DNA of 64,000 nt. Source: Callorhinchus milii (Eukaryota). The notes beneath the pieces were generated by a model that did no database searches, was not told where the DNA came from, and worked only from the letters and a program-made list of their open reading frames with translations. The stretch covers positions 7,068,001 to 7,132,000 of the forward strand of contig NW_024704759.1 in assembly GCF_018977255.1 (NCBI RefSeq), given 5' to 3'. Below, one piece after another: positions 1 through 11,498 of this stretch; the first letter of the stretch is position 1; every line of letters starts with the position of its first letter. The translations under genes were made by a program, and so were the position numbers.

Positions 1-340
1 ATAAAAAACACACGATCTGGTCACTGGAAGCGCAAATTAATCCATCGTGGAAACCGTTTGCCTTTTGTTCACATCAGAGTTGCTGGTGAGAGAGAGAAAG
101 AGAGAAAGAGAGAGAGAGCCCCAGTCAGTGCCTTTTGCTATCAGAGCAGAGAGAGATGTGCTGTGTGTGTGTGTATGTGTCTGTGTGTGTTCACTGGGCA
201 ACATAAGGGCAATTTGGGGGGGGGGGGAAGGGGGTGAAAAAGTGCTGGGAAACCGCCCTGGGGGACTTTTTGTGGATTTTTAATTAAATGTTTTTTTTTA
301 TAAAAAAATCACTGATCAACAAAAATCAGTGATTTTTTCC

Positions 341-1210
341 TCACTGATCTGCACCTGGGAAATGCCGCTTGGATTGGGTCCTGGAGTTGTGGTTCAACAC
401 GAACTGCCCCCCTTTGAGACAGCCAGCAGTCCAGACCTGACAGTGACCCACTGGGGCCGGGGGCAGGGGCTTGGGCTGAGCGACTGACCCCCGATTGCTT
501 TGCCCGGTGTCTGAGGTCGCCGTCTCCGCCAATGACCAGATCTTGGGCTTCTGTGAGGGGTTCGATCCCATCTCCATCGCCACCATCTTCTCGCCCGACC
601 CTTGGTCCCTTGTCCTGGCCTCACCCTCGGGTCCTCTGCCTCTCGCCCCAGCCTTGCCCTCGAGTCCACAGCAAGGTCTCTCCAAACCCAAGGTACCTTC
701 ACAACCGCCGAGCGGGTGAGGGGGTGCCTGGTCTCTTTTATCCTTGTTCTTCTGATCTCCTCTCATCTCCACCTCCTCGTCCTCAACCTCCTCCGCCTCT
801 CCCTCCTCCTCCTCTTCCTCCTCCTCCTCCTCTCTTCTCTCCCCCTCCTCTTCGCTCTCGCTTTCCTCTGCGTCCGACTTGCTCTTGGGGACCCAACTCA
901 TCTTGTTCTCCTTCTTCAGGCGCCTCCGGGCGTTTGCAAACCAGGTGGAGACCTGGGTCAGGGTCATCTTGGTGACTATGGCCAACATGATCTTCTCGCC
1001 CTTGGTGGGGTAGGGGTTCTTCAGATGCTCGTTGAGCCAGGCTTTCAGGGTGCTCGTGCTCTCCCGGGTGGCGTTCTTGGCTCTCCCCGGGTCCCCGTGG
1101 GCCACCGGCCGGTAAGGAGAGTAGAGAGCGGCGGAGGAGAGGTTGGCGGCTTGCGGATAAATGGACTTCAACTCATGCGGATAAACCGACTTCAGCTCAT
1201 AGGGACAGGC
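341..1210 (-). CDS. irx7: Irx exon 2 (ACPYELK... homeodomain, IRO box, stop)
   Basis: Acceptor ctctctcttctctag|GCC at 1211/1210, in frame with ORF 341..1171. YELK motif as at the start of Irx1/3 exon 2. TGA at 343-341. Confidence 0.93.
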   Translation of the reverse strand, partial: ACPYELKSVYPHELKSIYPQAANLSSAALYSPYRPVAHGDPGRAKNATRESTSTLKAWLNEHLKNPYPTKGEKIMLAIVTKMTLTQVSTWFANARRRLKKENKMSWVPKSKSDAEESESEEEGERREEEEEEEEEEGEAEEVEDEEVEMRGDQKNKDKRDQAPPHPLGGCEGTLGLERPCCGLEGKAGARGRGPEGEARTRDQGSGEKMVAMEMGSNPSQKPKIWSLAETATSDTGQSNRGSVAQPKPLPPAPVGHCQVWTAGCLKGGQFVLNHNSRTQSKRHFPGADQ

Positions 1211-2523
1211 CTAGAGAAGAGAGAGGGGTGGTGGGGTGGGGGGGGCGGGGGGGGGGGGGGCAGAGGAGATGCTATTAGCAACACTCCACATGTCACTTCA
1301 TTTTTATTAACTGTTTAATCGCTTTATTATCATCTTTTCCCCCCCTTTTGTTAAACAAAATCTTGCATTGGAATAGACTGATCGTGTGCGTGAGATTCCA
1401 ATCTCTGCAGTGAAACGCGCTTGACTTGAGTTAAGGAATTAATCGTTGCGACTGTGGCTTTAGTATCTTTTTCTTTAAAAAAGAAATAAAGCCCCCGGTG
1501 AGATGTCGGCAAGATTTCCAGGTAAATGTCTCAGGTTTAGATCAGAACAGCAAAGTACAACAGCAAATTACACCTGTGATACCAATAGTGAAGTCAATTC
1601 AATGCAACGTGCGTTATATCTATTGGCATAATAATAGAATGATATAATATAATTATTATATAATGTAGTTATATTGTATAATATAAATAATCCTTGCATT
1701 TATACATACTGTATATACACATATAATATGCGTGTATAGTCTAAACAGTGTGTCCATATACACATCTATATACACACTATATAATGTTATATACTACACA
1801 ATGTATGGTTTATATATCTATCTCCATAGATACACGTACACTATATATAATATATATAGCTTTATATATCCGGAAAAAGTTATTTTCGTAAGAATTAATG
1901 CTCACATTCAAGAGTTACATGAAATAAATTAACTTTTGTACACGGTTGATAGTTGAGAGCAAAGTCGCTGTTTTACCCGGAGATGAATAAAAACGGATAC
2001 GATATCTTCCTTTCTATTAAGCGTTTTGGCGGCGACGCTACACGACACACTATGTACAGTACATAATCAAACGCAAGGATTATTATTTGGTTTCCTACTC
2101 GCCATACAAGAAATCTAATTTAGTTAAATCTAACCTCTGAACGGTCTGGTGTGTGCGTGTGTGTGGTTTTTTTTTAACGGGAAACAACACACTTATTCCC
2201 AGGCAGACGACAGGTGAACCGGTTTAAGCGACGTGATGGGAGATAGACAATGATTTCTCTCTTCCATGGGAGGACATGAAGCTGAGCGAATTTTAAGCCA
2301 AATTCATTGGATTTCCAGGTTGTTTAACTAACTAACCAACTAACGAACTAACCAACCAACCAACCAACTAACTGCGCACAGCATCTCTACCCCCGAAACA
2401 CACCGCCAAACAGGACCAGCGGCGACCGGTCGATTTTAATTTTAATTTTAATTACGACTTTTAATTCATCTTCGGAGGTTGAAACCGGCGAACGCTGCTC
2501 CCTCCCGAGGAATGGGGCCGAGC

Positions 2524-2555
<32 letters not shown>

Positions 2556-3352
2556 GAACAACAAAGTTCATTTGGGAAAACTCCCCAATAACAACGATAA
2601 TAATAATAATCATCATTATTAATAATAATTATCCCCCACACACACACACACAGCGCTGTAATACAATGACACTCATATTAGCATCAACGTACACACAGAG
2701 TGTGCGCACAGATATACTCACTGTGTAGATCCCAATGTATACCCTCCAGTGTATATGTTCGTAAATATACACCGAATATATTACTATTATAGATAAAACT
2801 ATATATGTATGTACAGTTGTATGTGTGTTGTGTGTGTTGTGTGTTGTGTGTGTGTTGTATGTGTGTTGTGTGTGTGTTGTATGTGTTGTATGTGCACTAC
2901 AGAGTGAATAGTTTGAGCGATGCGGTTCAATGGGTATAACTGACAGTAAGTGAAGTGCGGTCCAGCGCTGATACAGACGTATATGGACGATGTGACCCCA
3001 TATCCGCACACACACACACACACACACACACAGGGTCCGGGGGGGGTCCCGGGGGGGGTCACGGGGGGGGTCCCGGGGGGGGTCCCAGGGGGGGGGGTCC
3101 CGGGGGGGGTCCCGGGGGGGTCCGGGGGTCGGTACTCACCAGGTGCCTGAGGTCGGGGTAGGGATGGAGGCTGTAGCCCTGAGACAGGGGGTAGGACCCC
3201 GGGAAGCGACCCAGGAGCCCGTGCAGAGGGGGGACCCCCACCCCCACCCCCAGCCCCAGGGGGGCGCCGGGGGCCGCCAGCACCGCCCTCCGGTCCACAT
3301 ACACCACCGCCCCCGCACCCCCCGCACCACCGCCAGACCCGCACACCGCCAT
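341..3352 (-). CDS. irx7: Iroquois-class TALE homeobox protein, Irx7-like; join(3352-3140,1210-341), about 360 aa
   Basis: Homeodomain [59 protein letters not shown], an acidic poly-Glu tract and the IRO box [13 protein letters not shown] phase-0 GT-AG intron joins the exons. EHLKN and LAIVTKM recall teleost Irx7 rather than Irx1-6 (EHRKN, LAIITKM). Family certain, paralogue probable. Confidence 0.88.
2523..2563. repeat. (CAA)n microsatellite in the Irx intron
   Basis: Directly visible. Confidence 0.9.
3033..3130. repeat. (GGGGGGGTCCC)n G-run tandem repeat just inside the 5' end of the Irx intron
   Basis: About 8 imperfect units of 11-12 nt next to the donor site, adjoining (CA)n at 3006-3031. 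Confidence 0.9.
3140..3352 (-). CDS. irx7: Irx exon 1 (MAVCGSGGG...[14 protein letters not shown])
   Basis: ATG at 3352, about 45 nt downstream of a TATA box. Ends at donor CTG|GTGAGT (3140/3139). The QGY...PYP motif resembles the end of exon 1 in Irx genes. Confidence 0.8.
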
Positions 3353-3393
3353 CACCAGCACTGCCGCGGCTGTGCGCTGCGCCGCCCGTGTGT

Positions 3394-3407
3394 GGGTATA
3401 TATACCC
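3394..3407 (-). promoter_or_regulatory. Putative Irx TATA box (palindrome GGGTATATATACCC)
   Basis: The only AT-rich motif in a GC-rich stretch, about 45-50 nt upstream of the ATG. Confidence 0.6.
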
Positions 3408-3410
3408 TCC

Positions 3411-6190
3411 ACCACACACAGCCCCTCCCACACCACAGCCCCTCCCACACACACAGCCCCTCCCACACACCACAGCCCCTCCCACACACACAGCCCCTCC
3501 CACACACACAGCCCCTCCCACACACACAGCCCCTCCCACACACACAGCCCCTCCCACACACACAGCCCCTCCCACACACACAGCCCCTCCCACACACACA
3601 GCCCCTCCCACACACACACAGCCCCTCCCACACACCCCAACACAGCCCCTCCCACACACCCCACAGCCCCTCCCACACACCCCCACAGCCCCTCCCACAC
3701 CACAGCCCCTCCCACACCACAGCCCCTCCCACACCACAGCCCCTACCACACCACAGCCCCTCCCACACACACAGCCCCTCCCACACACACAGCCCCTCCC
3801 ACACACCCCAACACAGCCCCTCCCACACCACAGCCCCTCCCACACCACAGCCCCTCCCACACACACAGCCCCTCCCACACACCCCAACACAGCCCCTCCC
3901 ACACACATAGCCCCCCCCACCACACCCCCACACAGCCCCTCCCACACACACAGCCCCTCCCACACACACAGCCCCTCCCACACACACAGCCCCTCCCACA
4001 CACACAGCCCCTCCCACACACACAGCCCCTCCCACACACACAGCCCCTCCCACACACACAGCCCCTCCCACACACCCAACACAGCCCCTCCCACACACAG
4101 CCCCTCCCACACACACAGCCCCTCCCACACACACAGCCCCTCCCACACACACAGCCCCTCCCACACACACAGCCCCTCCCACACCCCAACACAGCCCCTC
4201 CCACACACACAGCCCCTCCCACACACCAACACAGCCCCTCCCACACACCAACACAGCCCCTCCCACACACACACAGCCCCTCCCACACACCCCAACACAG
4301 CCCCTCCCACACACACAGCCCCTCCCACACACCCCAACACAGCCCCTCCCACACACACAGCCCCTCCCACACCACAGCCCCTCCCACACACACACACAGC
4401 CCCTCCCACACCACCCACCACAGCCCCTCCCACACACACACAGCCCCTCCCACACACACACACAGCCCCTCCCACACACACACAGCCCCTCCCACACACA
4501 CACAGCCCCTCCCACACACACAGCCCCTCCCACACACACAGCCCCTCCCACACACACAGCCCCTCCCACACACACACACCACAGCCCCTCCCACACACCA
4601 CACAGCCCCTCCCACACACCACACAGCCCCTCCCACACACACACAGCCCCTCCCACACACACACACAGCCCCTCCCACACACACAGCCCCTCCCACACAC
4701 ACACACACAGCCCCTCCCACACACACACACAGCCCCTCCCACACACACACACACAGCCCCTCCCACACACACACACACAGCCCCTCCCACACACACACAC
4801 AGCCCCTCCCACACACACAGCCCCTCCCACACACCCCAACACAGCCCCTCCCACACACACACAGCCCCTCCCACACACACAGCCCCTCCCACACACACAC
4901 AGCCCCTCCCACACACACAGCCCCTCCCACACACACACACAGCCCCTCCCACACACCACCACACACCACAGCCCCTCCCACACACCCCAACACAGCCCCT
5001 CCCACACACACACAGCCCCTCCCACACACACAGCCCCTCCCACACACCCCAACACAGCCCCTCCCACACACACACAGCCCCTCCCACACACACAGCCCCT
5101 CCCACACACACACACAGCCCCTCCCACACACACAGCCCCTCCCACACACCACAGCCCCTCCCACACACACACACAGCCCCTCCCACACACACACACACAG
5201 CCCCTCCCACACACACACACACAGCCCCTCCCACACACACAGCCCCTCCCACACACACACAGTCCCTCCCACACACCCCAACACAGCCCCTCCCACACCA
5301 CAGCCCCTCCCACACCACAGCCCCTCCCACACACCCCAACACAGCCCCTCCCACACACACAGCCCCTCCCACACACACACACAGCCCCTCCCACACACAC
5401 CACAGCCCCTCCCACACCACAGCCCCTCCCACACACACAGCCCCTCCCCCACACACACAGCCCCTCCCACACCCCAACACAGCCCCTCCCACACACACAC
5501 ACAGCCCCTCCCACACACACACAGCCCCTCCCACACACACACAGCCCCTCCCACACACACACAGCCCCTCCCACACACACACAGCCCCTCCCACACACAC
5601 ACAGCCCCTCCCACACACACACAGCCCCTCCCACACACACACAGCCCCTCCCACACACACACAGCCCCTCCCACACACACACAGCCCCTCCCACACACAC
5701 ACAGCCCCTCCCACACACACAGCCCCTCCCACACGCACACACACAGCCCCTCCCACACACACAGCCCCTCCCACACACACAGCCCCTCCCACACACACAG
5801 CCCCTCCCACACCCCAACACAGCCCCTCCCACACCCACCACAGCCCCTCCCACACACACAGCCCCTCCCCACACACACAGCCCCTCCCACACACCCCAAC
5901 ACAGCCCCTCCCACACCACAGCCCCTCCCACACACCCCAACACAGCCCCTCCCACACACCCCAACACAGCCCCTCCCACACACCCCAACACAGCCCCTCA
6001 CACACACACACAGCCCCTCCCACACCCCAACACAGCCCCTCCCACACCACAGCCCCTCCCACACACACAGCCCCTCCCACACACACAGCCCCTCCCACAC
6101 ACACACACACACCCCCAACACAGCCCCTCCCACACACACACACACACACCCACAGCCCCCCACACACACACAGCCCCACCCCCCCCCACA
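3411..6190. repeat. Minisatellite, unit CAGCCCCTCC-CA(CA)n, about 16-24 nt, about 2.8 kb
   Basis: Directly visible. Constant core CAGCCCCTCCC with variable CA spacers and recurring CACCCCAACA variants. Confidence 0.98.
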
Positions 6191-6265
6191 ATTCCCTTTT
6201 CCTTGTGCTGCCCATAATAAGGTAATCATATATAATCTTTGCATTTGACCCCAATAATAACAACA

Positions 6266-6557
6266 ATAATCCTTGCATTTGATAGAGCGCTTTTCACGTC
6301 TTCTGGACGTCCCAAAGCGCTTCACAGAATATACAGTAAAGTGAATTGACTGTATATTCGTGGGCCAAACGCGGCAGCCGATTGTGCACAGCAGCGTCCC
6401 CACAAACAGCCGTGGATCGAAGTGACCAATTTATTATCGTTTCTTTTCGAGGGATTATTACCGGGCGCGTGGGGTGAGGAAACCTGCCCGAGGGAATCGA
6501 ACCCAGGTCTCTCTCGCTCGCAAAGAGAGTGTTCTAACCACTGAGCTACAGGACTCC
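6266..6557 (-). mobile_element. tRNA-derived SINE (CORE-like, L2-type tail), GC-shifted copy
   Basis: Head GGAGTCCTGTAGCTCAGTGGTTAGA...GGTTCGATTCC with A/B boxes, and tail ...ATCAAATGCAAGGATTATT shared with many copies in the window. Confidence 0.9.
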
Positions 6558-7006
6558 CAATTGGCAGATGGAGATGTCTGATCGTCTACACACTTCTCCT
6601 GTGATATAACAACATTACGTTGTTGACGGGGGGAGGGGGAGAGAGGGGGAGTGAAAAGTTATGCAATGATTGCCCGTGATTTTGCCACTTTGTCCTCGTG
6701 TTTGTGCGACGCTGTGCCAAATTGCCTTCTTTCTCCGGCAAATAGGGTCCTTACTTTTCACTTTAGATCCCTTTTCGCCCACAAAATACACAGTCACTTC
6801 ACTTTACAGTATGTTCTGTGAGATGTCTCTACGACATGGTAAGGTGCTGTAACAAATGTAAGGATTATTATTATTATTATTATTATCCTGTGAAGCACAT
6901 TGAGACACTTGAATGATGTGATAAGATGCCAAATGAATGTATCATCATTATTATTATTATTAGGGATTTTGTTCGAAGTACACTTACAAGCAAGTGCGGT
7001 TCTCGT

Positions 7007-7330
7007 GGAGTCCTGTAGCTCAGTGATTGGAGCACTCGCCTTGCAAGCGAGACACCTGGGTTCAATTCCAGGCAGAGGGCGAAACCTTGGGCAAGTTTCC
7101 TTACTCCACACACCTAATAAAAATCCCTCCAAAACAAAAACAATAATAAATTGGTCATTTTCAATCCACGACTGTTTGTGGGACGCTGCTGTGCGCAATT
7201 GGCTGCCGCGTTCGCCCACAAATATGCGGTCAATTCACTTTACAGTCTATTCTGCGAAGCGCTTTGGGACGTCGAGAAGACGTGAAAAGCGCTATATCAA
7301 ATGCAAGGATTGTTATTGTTGTTATTATTG
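7007..7330 (+). mobile_element. tRNA-derived SINE, full-length short form
   Basis: GGAGTCCTGTAGCTCAGTG head, CCTTGGGCAAGTTTCCTTACTCC body, GCGCTATATCAAATGCAAGG(ATT)n tail. Confidence 0.92.
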
Positions 7331-7804
7331 TTCTCTCCAGCCTCCCGATTGAAATAGCATTTAAAAGGAATATCAATCTGAACTGGGATCGAGATATCAC
7401 TCACAGAGAAAACAATCTGAGACTGCAGTCATTTCTAAAATATGGTTTCAGGTCTAACGCAGCCGAGACGTGTTTTTGAAAGCTGAACCCGTCCTGCAGT
7501 TGACCTTTAACTCTTTCCCATTTCAATCCTCCCAGATTAACCATGCGGAGTAATTTTGCTAAAAGCCAGATTTGCTCACGTTTTCACTGTGGGATTAAAT
7601 ATTTTGTGGAAGGAATGGACTGGATTGGCCTGGAGAATTACATCCTTACTGTTGGTTTTATACTGTCTCGTCACCAATGGGAGCTCCGACCACTGGTATT
7701 GAATCATAGATTAGAGGCACAGGAACTGTGATTTCGACCATCATTTTATCTTCTGTGCCTTTTCTCCACATGTACAGTCTCACCCCACCCACTCCCCTGC
7801 TTGC

Positions 7805-8012
7805 TAGAGAGAGCTTTGGAACTCTTTTCCACAACCCCTCTGCCTTAACCCCTCCTTCCCCTCTTTTAGATCACGACTGAAAACCTTCCTCTTTGACCGT
7901 GCTCGCGGTCACCTCCTCCCTCCCTGGCTCGGGGTCAGGCTCTGCCACTCTTAAGCTCTCTGAGACGTTACCCCATGTGAAGCTCGCTGTATAAGTGCAG
8001 GTTTTTGTTGTT
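7805..8012 (+). mobile_element. L2 LINE 3' end fragment
   Basis: Similar to the L2 3' ends at 40250-40540 and 59300-59535; ends in GCTGTATAAGTGCAGG(TTG)n. Confidence 0.6.
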
Positions 8013-8679
8013 GCCCTTTACACCTCTTTAATAGTTCTCTCTTTCAAGCCTTCAATTCCAGTGATAGATTCCTGTGCGTTAATCCAATGGTCCATTCACA
8101 CTGTCTCACATTATAACCAGGATATGTGGAGCAGCTGGTATCCTTGATGGTTCAGGTACCAGCTGTGTTCTGGCAATGAGCCTCTTTCTCCCCATCCCCA
8201 GGCAGTGTGGTTGAGGTTGGAATCAGTAATCAAGTTGTATCCCACCATCGCCACAGCAATGTGTTGTGAGGTGAAGCTCAGGAGGTCAGAGGATTTGTGC
8301 AAACATTTTGACTTGAAAATAAGGCGTTAAAAACTTTGGTTTATCAACCAGCAGGAAGGGCAGCCGACTGGCATGCCAACGGGAATATCAAGCTAAGAGC
8401 ATGTATGGCATACCTAGGCTGAGAATGTCTTTTATTTAGTCACGTTGTGCTTGTACTTGGGCAGCTACAAGTACAATGATTGCAGTTATAATGTTTAGTT
8501 ACAGTAGCAAGATGTCAAAGAAAACAATTTAATAAATCATGCTCTTAATGTAATACATGTGGCTATGAATGATTAATTCAAGCGTGTTTCAGGTCTGGGG
8601 TGGGTGGGGGATTCTCACCTGACTGAGGTCTCGCGTTCAGGGCAGTTCAGGAGATTGCACCTCCTCCTAACCTCTGTAC

Positions 8680-8818
8680 CTGCTGTGTGCAATCGGCTGC
8701 CGCGTTTCACCCACAAAATATACAGTCAATTCACTTTACAGTATATTCTGTGAAGCACTTTGAGACGTCTCGAAGACATGATAAGGCGCTATATCAAATG
8801 CAAGGATTATTATTATGA
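8680..8818 (+). mobile_element. SINE 3' fragment
   Basis: Matches the 3' half of the copy at 7007-7330. Confidence 0.85.
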
Positions 8819-9394
8819 TTACCAGTGGCAGCGTTCTTCAGGTCTGATATCCGGTATTGTGTAGGCTTTAACGGTTTATGTTTTGCACTGAAAAAGTTTC
8901 CTTGTGTTCAGTGACTATCACATTCTCCTCTCCTCGGTGCTTTGTGTTTGCAGAAGGATGAGTGCTGTTTCTCCATCTGTTGTGTATTATCACACTGTGT
9001 GCACCAGGTGCTGCCTTCATCTGCCAATATGACCAGTGGTGAGATATTCTCAACCTGTTTGTAGAAACTCTGTACTATTATCATACCTGTCTCTAACTCT
9101 GATCGGAGTTTAGACCCCTGATGGCTCGGCAGGTTTTATTCAATGAGGAGCTGAGCCCTACTGACCAAGAAGGTCCCAAATTCACAAGTTGTGCTGAGTT
9201 AATGAATAACCAGGAAGGGTGCTACACTTGTACGCTTGGGGGTAATGGTCAAATGGATGGATTACTGATACAGTGTCCAACGTCCATGGCGTTCGATGCC
9301 TGCGAATAGAAAAAAGGGTCGAAACAGCTAGGGAAGAGGAGGGAAGAAAAGTGGTGAGAGGGAAAAATAATAATGTAACAATAATATATATAAT

Positions 9395-9545
9395 AAGGCT
9401 TGCATTTCATAAAGCGCCTTATCATGTCTTTGAGACGTCTCAAAGCGCTTCACAGAATATACTGTAAAATGAATTGACTGTGTATTTTGTGTGCGAAACT
9501 CGACAGCAGTTTCCCACAAACGGTTGTGGATTCAGTGATCAAATA
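9395..9545 (-). mobile_element. SINE 3' fragment
   Basis: Matches the same family tail. Confidence 0.85.
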
Positions 9546-10239
9546 TTATTATTGTTTTTATTTATATATATATATATATATAGGGATTATTGCTGGGTGG
9601 GGGAGCAGTTCAATGGTAGCCCTTCTTAACATTGTGAATCAGAATCCTCCAAGGATTAGATTGTTCACTCACTAACTGGGAATGGGAGTTGGCTTACACT
9701 GTTGCAGGACAGGAATTAGTGTAGTCATTCTGCCGTTATCCACGGTGATCGATAAGAGCTGCCTGCAGATTCTCTCGGACGCCGTGGTGCAGTGTTGTGA
9801 ATCTCTCCTGTTTTGCCATACTCCATCTGTAGATTTCCTGCGTGTGTGCGGGTTGTACTCCCTCCTCTGCACCCCTCTGTTTTCCTTAACTCGAGAAAGC
9901 AAACATTGGAGGAGAAGCTGTGCTTCCTGTTGACGGATTTTCTCTGTGCCAGCCCCACTCCCTGCTGGTGTATAAATTGGAAATCTCAGTATAATGGCAA
10001 GTGACCCTGTAAAGTAAGCTTCTCAGACAGCCGGCTCTGAAAGGGACCATCCTTCTTTCTGTTGGCTACAGTGTTCTACTTCTTTTCTTCCCTGTTTTCT
10101 CCTACCCTGACCATCAGCTCCGAGGAAGGACAGATTGGTTAAAGGAGAAATGGCACAGAAAATTACAGTATGGAACCGGGCCGACTGCTACTCTGATTAA
10201 GACCTGCTAACTCAAAGACGAAGATTTAGACATGTGACC

Positions 10240-10522
10240 TTTGGATAAGACGTTAAACCAAGGTCCTGTTTTCCTGTTGAGGTGGACGCTAAAGATCTCA
10301 CGGCACTATTCGAAAAGAGAAGGGAGTTTCTCTCTCCCGGTGTCTTGGCCAACAATTCCCCAAATAAAATTGGTTACTCACTCCATGGCTGTTTGTGAGA
10401 TATTAGGTTTCTACCACACACAAATGCACAGTCAATCCACTTTACAGTATATCCTGTGAAGCGCTTTGAAACATCTCGATGACGCGACAAGGCGCTTTAT
10501 CAGATGCACGGATTATTATTAT
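10240..10522 (+). mobile_element. Deu-domain SINE fragment (SacSINE1/AmnSINE-like)
   Basis: GGATAAGACGTTAAACCAAGGTCC...GGTGGACGCTAAAGATCTCACGGCACTATTCGAA...GGTGTCTTGGCCAA recalls the Deu domain. Followed by the shared tail. Confidence 0.75.
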
Positions 10523-11212
10523 TGACTCAACTGTTCAGTGCCAGTGTTTATACTCTACACAAGCCTCCATCCCACCTAATTAATAATAATAAAAAGCATT
10601 GCTGATCTGAGCAGGGGAGCATCTCAGAATCAGCTGTTTAATGCAGGTCTGGGAGCTGGGCAATGTCCATCGCCTTGTTGACTCCCATTCATAATAAATC
10701 GACAAGCTTTTCTGACGAGACTTTCGAACGCAAGAAATTTAATTCTTGTATAATTAATGAATGTGCTTTAATTGAGCGTCGTACCTCCGCAGTGCACTCC
10801 CTGCATTCCTATAGTCCCCTGTTGTTCCACCTGGTGCATTACAATGCTCCCAGAGGCCCATTTTATGTCACATCATTGTGCTGCCCTCATTTCATCAGGT
10901 TACTAATAACAGGTTTACATGAATCAGGGTGTTATTGTGCTGATTGCTGTTGTCTCACTTCCACCACTTTGAATATAATTGTCCAGGGTGAGGGTGGGAG
11001 GAGGGAAAGGCCACACACCGATGAGCTGGTTAAAATGGAAATTCCAGGTATATTCTTCGGTTTCCCTCCCCTCCACTGTTTCTTCCCTTCTCTCTGGTTG
11101 GCAATGGGACCTCTTGGTGAGACGCAGAACTGTTTTGAAGTGCTTCAGAGTAAGAAGTGAATAATTATTTATTTGCAAGGTTTTAAAACCCCCCCCCCCC
11201 CCCGTTACAAAA

Positions 11213-11498
11213 CAGCGATATGAAACTATGGAGGAGCTGAAACAAGCTGTCAGAGATGCATTTCGCCTCATCACTCCGTCATGTTACAGAAGTTTCGACC
11301 CGAACATGGTGACGTATCATTATCGGCCATGAAAATGATGGGGCTCACGCACACCGACGTCTAAATACCATTAAACACTTGTACTGAGTACAAGTACTTC
11401 TAAATACAATTACCATCATCATTCTGCCACAAGTTTGAGTTGTTGGTCAATGTAGAGAAAAAAAAACATGGGGGTAACAGGACCTTGTGGACACCCTG
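11213..11498 (+). mobile_element. Tc1/mariner DNA transposon 3' remnant
   Basis: Frameshifted transposase C-terminus RYETMEELKQAVRDAFRLITPS / RTW*RIIIGHENDGAH, followed by a TIR-like end GACCTTGTGGACACCCTG. Confidence 0.7.

Noticed and set aside
345-356. Possible donor (CCAG|GTGCAG) leading to a third Irx exon
   Set aside because: The donor is weak, an in-frame stop follows within four codons, and any downstream exon would lie outside the window. It cannot be supported.
532-1318. Plus-strand ORFs of 147 and 238 aa
   Set aside because: Antisense shadows of the GC-rich Irx exon 2.
3411-6190. CRISPR-like repeat-spacer appearance
   Set aside because: The spacers are just (CA)n variants rather than unique sequences, the context is eukaryotic, and there are no cas genes.
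2799-6403. Very long ORFs (879-1159 aa) on both strands
   Set aside because: They are translations of a stop-free minisatellite (GGAVCV/WEGLC/HTAPPT repeats). Only 3352-3140 is real coding sequence.
7007-7080. tRNA-Ala(TGC)-like gene (also at other SINE heads)
   Set aside because: It continues directly into a SINE body and tail, and there are many diverged copies. These are SINE heads, not tRNA genes.
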